A program made the translations under genes and the position numbers. From Lingula anatina (lineage: Eukaryota; Animalia; Brachiopoda): a stretch of DNA of 64,000 nt. Below the pieces are notes generated by a model. That model was not told the DNA's origin. It was given only the letters and a program-made list of their open reading frames with translations, and did not search any database. This document shows, in pieces, positions 53,101-64,000 of this stretch. Each line of letters begins with the position of its first letter. Positions within the stretch are counted from its first letter, which is position 1. The stretch is from positions 19,118,534 to 19,182,533 of the forward strand of contig CM120644.1 in the NCBI GenBank assembly GCA_051362555.1. Reading direction: 5' to 3'.

Positions 53101-54003
53101 CTGGCTAAATGTAGCTGTGACATCCTGGAACTTCAGAAGATCAATCAAATTTACACAGTTGTCAACATCATCATAGTATGGTGTTTATGATATTTGGTTT
53201 TTCAGTTGGCAACTAAATTTTTCATTAAAAGTTACCTCTCTTTGCAGTTATTCAAGTAAGAGGTTAATTTCACCAATAATTATTTTATAGTAATAAAAAC
53301 AGCATATATTGGACAAAAAAATTCTATGTTTTCACTGTTTTTTTTTTTTTTCATTGTTCTTTTTAACATGATTCTAAATAAAATAAGTTTTGTCAAATTG
53401 ATGTGTGATCACTACTCTATTACTGTAATAAAGATAATGTCAAATGTGAATAAAAATGTTATCAGGATCCGCAGATTTTACAAAACTGCATGGTGGTTAG
53501 TGTTGCCAGTATGTGTCTGGCCACCAAGTTTGTGGCATAGTCTGAGAAATGGAATTAAATATGCAATCTCAAGCAAACAAGTAAGACTGTCTGAATATAT
53601 AATCCATTTTTATGTTAGATTTTTCTTAATATTAGATATCAAAAATTAAACAACCTAAGTACATTCCTACATTTATTATCAGTATAGTATACATTAATGG
53701 TGATTGTTACTGAAGAAAAATATTGAATTAACGTGCAGTTTAATTGGATAACTCCTCCTGTAAACTCTTTTTGTGAACAGAGACATGTTGGATATCTTTG
53801 ACATTTGTCTATCCCTTCCTATTTGTATCACAATCAGTATTTTTTAAAGGTTTAAACTGATTATTAATTGGACCACAGTTAATTATTGTCAAAATTTTCA
53901 CCGGCACACCATTTAACATTAACTTTGCAAATGGGCAAAGAGTCATTGTTTACAGTTACTACTGGAAATAAATGGAATGTTTTAGGCCCTTCCTTGAAAG
54001 TCC
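50130..54003. repeat. Recent tandem duplication, ~2.0-kb period (50130-52003 and 52121-54003)
   Basis: Near-identical ORFs offset by 1997 bp (50619/52616, 50818/52815). Both copies end at ccttgaaagtcc. Confidence 0.96.
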
Positions 54004-54920
54004 GTCCATTGGGTAAATTGTTTTTCCGTGTTACCAGTGGTCTCTCATCCTCAAATCCATTTGCTCCATCATCTAAAATAACAAAGTGAAAGGTATGCAT
54101 TTTATTATCTTTAAGTGAAATCTTATATAAAAAGTATTCTAAGCAATTGCATGCACAACAATTACAGTTTTCTTATAAAGACCCCACAGTACTAGAGCAT
54201 GAAATAGATAATTTCGTGTCTAATCACTGGAGGTTGTCGCATAAACTGTAAAGCACAAATCCATGTGGGATAAGAAAATCATTTTCATCATACGTGAAGA
54301 AAGTTAAATTAAATTATATTTTTTACCTTGTACTCTGGAAATTTAACCACTTCCAAAAGGCGTATTTACATGGGACAACTAAACTTCATGGACATTTGGG
54401 AGTTCTGGCATTTTGAAAATACAAAGTCGGACTCCTGATCGTTTATCTGAAAATGAAATTTAGCACTAGTAGCTATAGGCTTTTGTCTTTTGTCCCCCTT
54501 CCCCCTCCCATGCAACAAATTATATCCCTTATGAATAGACTCTAACACCAATGTTAATAAAATTAAAGCCCTATAACGTATATATATATTTTAGCAACCT
54601 TGTCAGCTTTCACAGCAGCAATTTTCACCTTGACTGCTTTATTTCTATCAGGTCCATGGTGGCAGTCTGTGATGATTTCACTGAAGATCATGAAAGGTAT
54701 CACGTCAAATTCTAACCATTCAAATGAAGTATCCTGTCTTTGATTCTTTGATTCCATCTAATCTTTTTGGTTGGGACTTTCCAGTCTGCAATATAAAATA
54801 TGAACAATTATAGTATTTGTTTTAAACAAACACTTATCTTACAAATTGCACCATTCCAAATGAAGTAACTTGTCTTTGATTCTGTAGTGCATGTTTAAGA
54901 CATACTTAGTGTTCACACCT

Positions 54921-55356
54921 CAAACAATCCTTTTACTTCTTTATTGGCAAATGCGTTCCTTATCAGATTGGTGCCAATTTCAGTGCCAAATTTTCAACCT
55001 ACATGTGGAAAATGTAAGTGTTGCACCATGTTGGTCCAATTTTTCTTCATTCTCCTTTGATCTTGATCCTATCTGATTACCTCTCACTATGATGCTACAG
55101 TTCCACCGGAATTTAACCTTACCAGAAGGCTGCATCTTCAAACAATCCTTTTACTTCTTTATTGGCAAATGCGTTCCTTATCAGATTGGTGCCAATTTCA
55201 GTGCCAAATTTTCAACCTACATGTGGAAAATGTAAGTGTTGCACCATGTTGGTCCAATTTTTCTTCATTCTCCTTTGATCTTGATCCTATCTGATTACCT
55301 CTCACTATGATGCTACAGTGCCACCGGAATTTAACCTTACCAGAAGGCTGCATCTT
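54921..55356. repeat. 218-bp direct tandem duplication
   Basis: caaacaatccttttacttc at 54921 and 55139. Copies are nearly identical. Confidence 0.95.
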
Positions 55357-55439
55357 GCTTCTTATCTACATTAAAGTCTAATCTGGACATGCATGGGGGA
55401 ATAAACATCATATCAGAAAAAATAAAACCATGGATTTAT

Positions 55440-55800
55440 GATTTCTCTCCATACCCCTTAGCTAGAAACTGTCTTTTCCACTCCTCAAAAGATGAAGTGT
55501 CTGTCTCAGCACAGCACCTGTTTCCATAGTATTGTCTATGTGCAAGGGCCTTGCGTTCTGTGTTGCACTTTTCACAGACATATACACAGATGAAGTCTTT
55601 TTGTATGCCCTTTTAAATACACCCTTCCTCTGCCTTCCTCTTCCTGTAATGTTGTGTAGAGTATGAAACTCTAGAAACAGAAATCTGTTCAGTACTAGTT
55701 ACTGTTGTCACAGGCAGGGGTAAAACAAGAAGGGGTGGTTGGGGCAAAAGTGGTCTCAAAGGTGCAGTTGGAGCCTTAGTTGGCCTTCCTCTTTTTTTTG
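55440..55800 (-). pseudogene. C-terminal CCHC zinc-knuckle relic resembling Dada/DUF6729-family transposases
   Basis: VSYSTQHYRKRKAEEG / VFKRAYKK / YVCEKCNTERKALAHRQYYGNRCCAETDTSSFEEWKRQFLAKGY, with two frameshifts. Confidence 0.45.
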
Positions 55801-56898
55801 GGAAGTGAAGCAGTGCCTGCTGTGTTTGGTGGAGTGACAGGCCTCATTTCAGTCTATTTATTGTTGGATCTTTTTTTCAGATTTAATCTTGATCTTTTAT
55901 AATGTATGCCTTGTGTGAAACCATGGATACAGTAGCAGTAGTAGTAGAATTTTACTGGTATGCATGCACTGTACAGTATTACTTTTGCCTTTTGGCTCAT
56001 CCGGTTGAATATGGGTATTTCTAGATTTGATTTGCTTCGTCATCTACAAAAAAGTTCCCTTTTATTACTCCTTATTTCTAATTTTAATAAAGGAAATGGA
56101 AATATGACTTGCTTTTATCAAAAACATCTCTGTGAATGCAAGAATTGTCATCCCGTTTAGTCTTACTTTCCTAAATTATTGCATGTTCACGGATTGTGAT
56201 CAGTGCATTTTAATCAAAATATCAATAAAATGGATAAATTCCACTTGATTCTTGGTTCTTTTTGACTGTAAGACATCTGCAGTAGAAGATATCTGGAGGA
56301 AGAGGTGTCTTGAGGCTCATGTAATAAGACTGGCTGTGGCACTTGTCCTGACTCCATTTCTGCAGCAGTTGCAGGCAACTGATACACTTCACTCTGCAAC
56401 TGCAGTCTGAAAGTAATATTTAAAATTCTACATTGTTAAAAGAAATAACAATAACAATTTGCATTAAGACCAAATGGCACAAGATGTATTCTTTAATGTG
56501 ATGAACTATTTTCCCTTTTTGTATGTTCCCAAAAAGATTTTTTTTCTTTACCAGTGGGAAAGTGCACATGAACACTTACATCCTCCTCTAGGCATGTTGG
56601 CATGTTTGAATTTTCACTCCACTTTCCCATCTCCTCCTGATTTGTGAAAGTCCTCACTTTCCTATAAAACAGAAAATAAATTATACCACCTAAATAAAAT
56701 AAAAATCTTAATGGTTACATGGGATGCAAACGAATGGACAAAGGCAATTTTAAGTTGTACTGTTGTAACTTTATCAGACTTTGGTCCATTATGGAAAAAG
56801 TGTGAATTAAGAGCATCAAAAACTCAGTTGTTATATATAAATAACTTATAACTTTTTTATTTTGCACTGAACGCTGTGGATCTGTTGTTCTACTTTTA

Positions 56899-57289
56899 AT
56901 GGATTTATGGATTTTTACCTGCCGCTGTAGTGACGTTTATTTTATTGGTGTCTTCTTATCTTCATTTTTAAAAACTTTCTTGTGTTTGGACTGTTGCTCA
57001 GGCCAATCTCCTCTGTGATCTGGATAAAGAATAAAAAGAAATTATCACTGTATCACTCAAAATTTGTACATTCGGGTTTTATAAATTTGTATAATCTGTT
57101 TAAATCATACTTTTTTTCAAGCTCATTTTATTTCACAGTATAATTTTTATAAAGCAAGGTGGCAGGGATGTTTAAAAGTAATAATTAAGATAAATAAATG
57201 TATCCAAAAATTTGTATAAAACCCCGATATTACAGTGGTATCATAATATACTCACAGCAGTGATGGCAGATTACATCTTATCTGCATCT
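56899..57289. repeat. ~390-bp dispersed direct repeat (partner 62368-62757) containing minus-strand exon/intron boundaries
   Basis: atggatttatggatttttacctgccgctgtag...ctcacagcagtgatggcagat is present at both loci, offset 5469. Confidence 0.93.
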
Positions 57290-57740
57290 TTACTTCCTTC
57301 AACGCCAGTCCTTACAGTCCAGGTCTTGACGGATTGCTGAATTTAAAAAAAAGTGAATAATAATGATAACCAAAGGAAATCCAAATCTGCTGAGAAAGGA
57401 CATTTGCTAAATACTATGTCTTATTTGCAGTTATTAATCGACCTCTAGTAAAATGGTGTTATAAATACGCAAAGAAAAAACATTTCATTGAAGAAAAATG
57501 TTTGTTAAACATCTTAAGACAAAAAAGCCTCGTATAGTTTGGTAAACTCACATTACATCAGCTGTACAACATATTCAGCTACCGATGAAGCATTCTTGTT
57601 CTGCAGTGCTGTAGCAGAAGCATGTTTTGTTAAATAACAATTCACAGTGCATATATATTTGTTCCCTCTGTGCGATTCTTCCATGGTACCTCGGTTTATT
57701 CCTATCTGTAAGTGCAAAAATAAAAGACCATATGCAAACT

Positions 57741-58122
57741 TTATCTCATGCCCTTTGATGTCGTGGAAATTTGGCCAAGTCTCCCGCCAGTCCTGTCAAC
57801 CTCATCCCTAACAAAGTCAGTCCACAGCTTCTGTAGTTTGTCTTTAAAAGGTTTGTTAAGGCACACGTCAAGTGGCTGTGCCTTGGAAGTACAACCTCCT
57901 GGAATAACAGCCAGTGTTGCCCGGATCCTCCCTGCTTCTTTTCTCACTTTGTCTGTCAGGTGGGCCCCAAAGGAGTCTAAGACTAGGAGACATAGTCTCC
58001 TCTCAGTGTACGGCCTGAGAATCCTTTGCAGCCATACTGTCATCAAATCTTCCGTCATCCAGGCCTTTTCGTTGTGTATAATCACCCAGCCCTCTGGAGA
58101 ATCGACCTCAATTTGCCTCTTG
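57741..58122 (-). pseudogene. pogo/Tigger-like DDE_1 transposase exon
   Basis: NEKAWMTEDLMTVWLQRI...LLVLDSFGAHLT...LAVIPGGCTSKAQPLDVCLNKPFKDKLQKLW, preceded by a ttttgcag acceptor. The rest of the gene is not seen. Confidence 0.88.
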
Positions 58123-59000
58123 CCTGCAAAATGAAAGATAATAATGTATGTAGTATAATACATTTTAATAAAGATAGAGTCAGGTTCGTCTGGTCTGTTG
58201 GCGTCCATTCATCAACAAAACAAAATCTGAAAGCAAACTCCTGTGTATCATGCAACTCAAAATTAATAAACTCATGTTTTTGTTGGTTGTTTCTCATTAA
58301 ATGTACTACTATAATAGGTTGAAATAGAATTCAAATTAATGGGTTATTATGCTGTGCCATCAGTTACTGTCTAATTAAAAAATAATGAATTTATTTGACA
58401 CAGACTCAAAATCTGGAGATGGTGACATGATTCGTGATTTAAGTCTCTTTTCTGGCTTAGAAGACCTGAAAAACATTTATGCAAAAACGCCAATACTTAA
58501 AAAAAATAAAGATTACTGTTAGGCCCTATGTATTCTTTTGGAGACAAATGTAAATGTATAAAGGCATTATGTTGCTTTGGATATGAAAGATATCATGCAA
58601 GTTACAAACAGAATTGCAAATTAGACATGTTTTATTTTACACACATATGACACTTATGACCCTATTTGCTTTTTACCTGCTAGTCTTGACTATTCTTGGG
58701 GTCTTTTTGTGATTTTCATTTTTGGGTACATTTTGTTCTCTTTCTTCCCGCTTGATCAGTGACTTTGAAATTGTTTTTCTCCAAACTACGCAAAATGCAA
58801 AGCCGCTAACATGCATTTAAATTTTTATTGTTATTTTTTTTAATTGTGCTGTCAACCCTTGCTTGGATTTCTGTCATTTGGCCATTCACATCACAATTTT
58901 TCGCGTGTCTCTCAAGCTCCATGATATCATAGACTCTATCTGGAGAATAAAATTTTAAACATGAAAATTCTCAGACACAAGCCTAAAATGTTCCATACCG

Positions 59001-59045
59001 TTAGCTTACGGCCAACCTGGTCAAAGGCCTTCATCAGACTGACGT
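59001..59045 (-). ncRNA. Degenerate type I hammerhead ribozyme motif (Penelope-like terminal repeat relic)
   Basis: The minus strand reads CTGATGA-A-GGCC-tttgaccaggtt-GGCC-GTAA-GCTAA. The CUGAUGA core and stem II are intact, but GAAA is changed to GUAA. Confidence 0.5.
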
Positions 59046-59639
59046 GAGTAGTTGTTCACACTCACTGACCGCTAGGTGGTATAGCAGCCAGGACCCTCTT
59101 ATAAATGTCAGGTAGATCCTGTCAGGGTCCTGACCGATCTTCTTTTTTTATTTTTTATTTTTTTTTAGTTATCGATTTTTCTTACAAATACTTCTGTCAA
59201 TATTAACTTAGATGATTCGATTAACTCTTTCACCCATTTATTAGGTATACAGAAAGGAAAAAGAAAGACGAATAATATTAAAGATTTCATGATGCTTTTA
59301 TTTGAGGTGTACATACGCCAATGTCTGTAACTTTAGTGAAGCATAGACACCAAAACTACATAATGTGAGTCTTTTCACTTCTGGCAATGAACAGGTTCAT
59401 CGCATAAAATGCAGAATAAAATTACTCGAAAAAACAACCTATGCTGATCTGAGCAATTGATTTTCCAAAAATAAATAACATGATACCTAGGTAATAAAAA
59501 GCACTTTTTTTCAAGTACCTAGGCCATTCCACTCACTTGTAGAAACTGTTTTACATAAAATATAACTGGGATGCACCAACTTTGTCATATTTGTCTGTTA
59601 GCCCATGGGCAAATCAACATCATTATATCAACAGTTTTA

Positions 59640-62099
59640 AGGCCTTTTTCAAAGGTACTGGTCCTTGTGCACCATGTTCCAGACAGTAGAATGAAAACAC
59701 TCATTTTGGTTTTGTGTTAAACCCCGAAGGCATCCTTACAACAGCACTGGATCAGACAGATCATCCATGATCGGCTGGATAGCCTCAATGACAGCGGGGG
59801 GCAGTGGCTTTTCCACCATGCGATAGGTATCCGTGCCACAAGCCTTGTCCACCTGCCATTTGCACCAGCTACTCTCTCCTAAAATGAAAAAAAAATAGTA
59901 AAATAAAATATGAATGGCCAACTGATAGGAAGGCAGAGAAAACTATTTACTTTAAGTAGCAAAAATTTGATTTGTATTGAATTCTTTATAAAGACTAAGT
60001 TACACCAGACATTCTGTAACTGTTGTAAGTTTACCCATATATTAAATCCAGATATCTATATATAAACATTTTACTTACCAATAGCATTTTTACACATCTT
60101 TAAACCAATGATATTTATATAAAAATACATGTAAAACTATTTCTGTATTCCATTAATCTATGTACAAAAGGGCTGAGTTTTTTTTTTTTACCTTGAGGAC
60201 ATAAACTGTGATCAGCTTCCTCACTATAATGCATGGGAATGGCTCTTGTCTCCCTGACCATGCCCTCCAGGTTCTGCAGGTTCCTTCTGATTGCCAGGCC
60301 ATAAAAAGTCTGCATTCAATCAATGCGTGCCATTGTGAGCCGGCCTGTACCCTTTCCCATCACTTAGTTTCATACCTACACATAAAAAAAAAAAACAATT
60401 TACCAATAATGTAAAATGAATTCTAATTATTTGTGATATATTATTTTACTTTTATTTGTTAAAGCAGTAAAGATATTAACTACAGTTCACTGATATTAAT
60501 TTATGCTCCCATGTACTTGCAATTGGGAATTCCACTAATGACATCAGGAGAGGCTATGGAATTTAGACGAACAGTTATAGGTACTAATTAGAATCATTAA
60601 GAAAATTTATAAAGAAAGAGAGAGAGATAATCTCAGTTGTAAATATGTACTTATAAAAATATTATATGCGTATTCTTCTACTAGAATAATATTATATTCG
60701 AAATATACAATAGGCCTACCTTTGGCACTTGTGACTAATCGTCTTACTCTTAGTCTGGATCCCATTCTCTTCTGTACATGACCAACACACTCCTCCTTCA
60801 CCAGGGCGACTTCTTGTCCGTATGGCTGCTCTCTCTGAACTCGCCGAACTGTCTCCATCGCCAACAAAGGGATTGTATCGAAGGTTATACAGCTCCAATG
60901 ATCTGTTATACAGAACTGATACGCCCTCTGCCTCCATGGCTTGTGCCGACCCGTCATGATTCTGAGGGCACTGAGCAAAATGTTTCAAATGAAATATTCT
61001 CTCTCTTCTGCGGCAGTGTGCGGCTTGCTATTAAAACTGTCACAAGTTCTGCATGTTGTGCACATGTAGTGTATGTCGAGCACCTCACCTGTGTCAACTG
61101 AGATCGCCGCCACGAAGCCATGTTTCGAATTACTTCTGGTTTGCCAGGATCCGTCAATAGTGATTCCACAGTCTACTACTTGATTAATGTCCACATCACT
61201 TCCGTGGAGCAGTTTTATTACCCGAATGGCAGCTGCCATCATGCTCTCACTTGCAAGTTCGCGAGATTTGTCCCCCAGAGCTTGAGTGTGTTCCAGCCAG
61301 CTATGGCTACATATTGGGGGCAGCATAGACAAGTAGCCACTTAGTTTTGCTGCAGAAGTGTGGCCTTCTCCGATTGCACGCATTCCGAGAACACTCGCCC
61401 TGTTTACTTCAAAAAAAGTCCCGTCTTCCTCGAAGTTGAGGTCCAGCCCTCTTCCGGAATACCGGCACAAACGGTGCAAATCCACCTCATTTGACATGCC
61501 CAACTTTGCCGTTTCTGTTTACTTTCGACCAACACAACGTCGCCGCCACACACACGACAAACACACGACTTGTTGACACTTTCTAACAACTGTCCACTGT
61601 GCCAAAGCCTGTACCCAGTAGCTACTGTTTCTTTCTCACGATCACTGTCAGAAGACTCCGAGGGCTGTTCTAAGTCCTTCAGAATCTTACGAGCGCTCGC
61701 TCCAGGTAGATTCTCTCTCTCGTCATCCGACTAAACAAATACCGGTTTTCCCCAACCGCCGCGCATACTCTCTTTCAAAATTTTCTTTCTTTCCTCTGGA
61801 AATGGCCTTTTAACACGAACTTTTCTCTTCCGAGAAGACCTATTACCGCACACGTAATCGGCTTATAACTCATTACCTATGCTCTGCCCCCCTCATGGCA
61901 ACGGCCCTTAGCAACAGAGGCGTGGCTTAGTTGTCAGCCTGAATAAGGCGCGTGCCGGTTAAAAAAATCATCAAAAGACACATTTTGCAGTGCAAATTCA
62001 AAAAAATTATTACATCCAACGTAAGATACTTTTTTGATTAATATAAACACAAAAAACTCAAAAACATGATTTTAAGAGTAGTTTACCCTATTAGTTGCC
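59640..62099 (-). mobile_element. Defective Kolobok-type DNA transposon: 5' end at TTAA plus a 3-exon transposase pseudogene
   Basis: Minus-strand terminus TTAA|GGCAACTAATAGGG (TTAA at 62100-62103). Exons ~61850-60720, 60375-60192 and 59878-59640 contain CRVC, ITIDGSWQTR, CTTCRTC, NHDGSAQAMEAEG, GDGDS, KEECVGHVQKRMG, KLSDGKG-GRLT, FYGLAIRRN, HSLCPQGESSWCKW and TQNQNE. Frameshifts and stops are present; the other end was not found. Confidence 0.85.
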
Positions 62100-62367
62100 T
62101 TAAGTGGCATCTTGAGTAGGCAGTGACTGGCAATCCTGCTGCCTTCTGCATTTTTATGCAGTACCTCACGTTCCATGGCTTCACTAGTAGTAATAAAGGA
62201 GCTAAAAAAACTCAACCACAGCCATTCTTAAAACAACTTAAACAAGTATCAATTAATGAAGTACCCACGTGCCATTTTTCCATTTTTTCCAACATGAGTG
62301 CAGTCAAGATTATCTATTCCTACCATCTCTTATCATCCATCTCAACTGAAAATATCAACACTTCCTC

Positions 62368-62757
62368 ATGGATTTATGGATTTTTACCTGCCGCTGTAGT
62401 AACGTTTATTTTGTTGGTGTCTTCTTATCTTCATTTTTAAAAACTTTCTTGTGTTTGGACTGTTGCTCAGGCCAATCTCCTCTGTGATCTGGATAAAGAA
62501 TAAAAAGAAATTATCACTGTATCACTCAAAATTTGTACATTTAGGTTATATAAATTTGTATAATCTGTTTAAATCATACTTTTTTTCAAGTTCATTTTAT
62601 TTCACAGTATAATTTTTATAAAGCAAGGTGGCTGGGATGTTGAAAAATAATAATTAAGATAAATAAATGTATCCCAAAATATGTATAAAACCAGCATATT
62701 ACAGTGGTATCATAATATACTCACAGCAGTGATGGCAGATGGCATCTTACTGCATCT
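62368..62757. repeat. Second copy of the ~390-bp direct repeat
   Basis: See 56899-57289. Confidence 0.93.
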
Positions 62758-63370
62758 GGTTTCTGAATCTGGTAGTCCCTGAGTCTGTATCACATCGGAC
62801 TCTCAGTTTCGTCACCGGTCCAAGTCAGAAAGCCCCAGAGCTACCATCTTAGTTGCCTTTTGGTGCAGGAGTTGGTAAGCTTTACAAAGATGACTGTCCC
62901 CATTTTTGAATGCTGTCTGTTTTGATGTAATGACCTCTGGTGTTGACTGGTTGGAAGGTTTCTCTGGATGGGACTTAAACAATGGAAATGCAGTGGTTAT
63001 CTCTGTCAGCACAGGGTCTGGCTTATTACAAGCATGGACAGAGCAGACTTCAGCAAGAAGGGTGCAGTTAGACTTAATGTTGTTCTTAATAGTCCTGAAA
63101 AGCTGCTTGCTGTTTCCAGTTTTGCTCGCTGGCCTTGTTCCCAAGTGTCACTGGTATATACATATGATAATAAACATAATTAAACTTAATTTTTGTAGTG
63201 TGTCCTAATGTTCCTATTTACTTTGTTCAAGGCAATGCATTTTTGCAAAAAATAATTGTTTATTGCTTCTGTTATAAAACGATTGTAAAAATTTGAATGT
63301 AGAGAAAGGTAATCATTTCATTTATGCTGTTAAAATGAGTCAACACGGCTAACAGAGATTACAACTTTTT

Positions 63371-64000
63371 TTAATTCCTAAGATTCCTGTTGGTCATGTT
63401 CATGGCGGTCACCATTTTGCTCCAAATGCTGTCTTCCCTATGTTTGGGGTAAAATTTATGGATGGCGTTTCTTATAAAACCTACTCCCTCAACGTCCATT
63501 AGCACACGTTTGTCTTGGCCTTTGTTTGATCCTCCAATATTCTTTGTCGGGTCTATTCTTTCAGTAGTAGTAAAATGGCTAGCCATTACCTTCATGCAGA
63601 AGCTTGCTGATCCTTAACAGGCCCCTAGCCAGCAATTTCAGAGGGGTGGGTTCGTTTTCTGAAAAAGTGGACCTTTTACCATAAAATCTTCAAGTACATA
63701 GATCAATTTTTACCCAGAGAGGACCTTTTCCCTGCAAAAAGGGTGGGTTTTTTTAACCCCAAACTCCCCCTGGCTTTGGGCCTGCTTTAGATTATATTTT
63801 AATTTTTGTCAACTCTAAATCAGAGAGTAAAGGGATGGGATTTTGGGCGGCAGAGGTGGGGGCACTGTTTCCAGTGATGAGGGGATTTTGGGAAGGTGTG
63901 GTTGGCAAAGGACTGGGGAAGGGCGCAGGGTCAGAGAGGAAAGAGTTATGCAGTTGGGACGCCTGGGAGGATCTGATCATAAGATGTGGTAGAGGGGTGG
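63371..64000 (-). pseudogene. BEN-domain-like ORF interrupted by a MITE, running off the window end
   Basis: Removing 63618-63784 and one TSD joins ORFs 63792-63980 and 63371-63595 in frame: a P/S/T-rich linker then LSDLELTKIKI*SKGSASFCMKVMASHFTTTERIDPTKNIGG...MDVEGVGFIRNAIHKFYP...IWSKMVTAMNMTNRNLRN. Confidence 0.65.
63618..63784. mobile_element. hAT-like MITE (family of 20373-20558)
   Basis: CAGGCCCCTAGCC...GGCTTTGGGCCTG with flanks CTTAA / CTTTA (4/5 TSD match). Confidence 0.88.

Noticed and set aside
57748-61576. Plus-strand ORFs such as 57748-58134 and 60778-61101
   Set aside because: They are antisense shadows of the minus-strand transposase relics.
62812-63144. 110-aa ORF as a tyrosine recombinase fragment
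   Set aside because: The catalytic R-H-R-H-Y residues could not be placed, so it is left unassigned.

Overview
AT-rich, repeat-dense eukaryotic DNA with spliceosomal introns, most consistent with a marine invertebrate such as a lophotrochozoan (inference from gene and transposon content). 1-9530 is a complex satellite with a ~3070-bp higher-order repeat. 11500-16513 (-) holds the only apparently intact protein gene, an 8-exon, 413-aa secreted short-chain collagen C4-like protein. There is one tRNA-Gly(GCC) gene at 26420-26490 (-) and a degenerate LRP1/LRP2-like receptor 3' relic at ~20.0-21.9 kb. Most of the rest is nested transposon debris. A 5.6-kb element with perfect 30-bp TIRs and a 7-bp TSD sits 70 bp upstream of the tRNA, and a matching 20-bp head-to-head TIR footprint lies 1.6 kb away. 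Helentron-type (HINE-like) elements carry 146-bp tandem arrays. There are also several MITEs with verifiable TSDs, broken Kolobok-, Academ-, pogo-, ISL2EU/YqaJ- and Dada-like coding relics, LINE fragments, a decayed hammerhead ribozyme, a MITE-split BEN-domain ORF and local duplications. Most short ORFs in the supplied track look spurious. All family assignments are by-eye motif recognition and need database confirmation.
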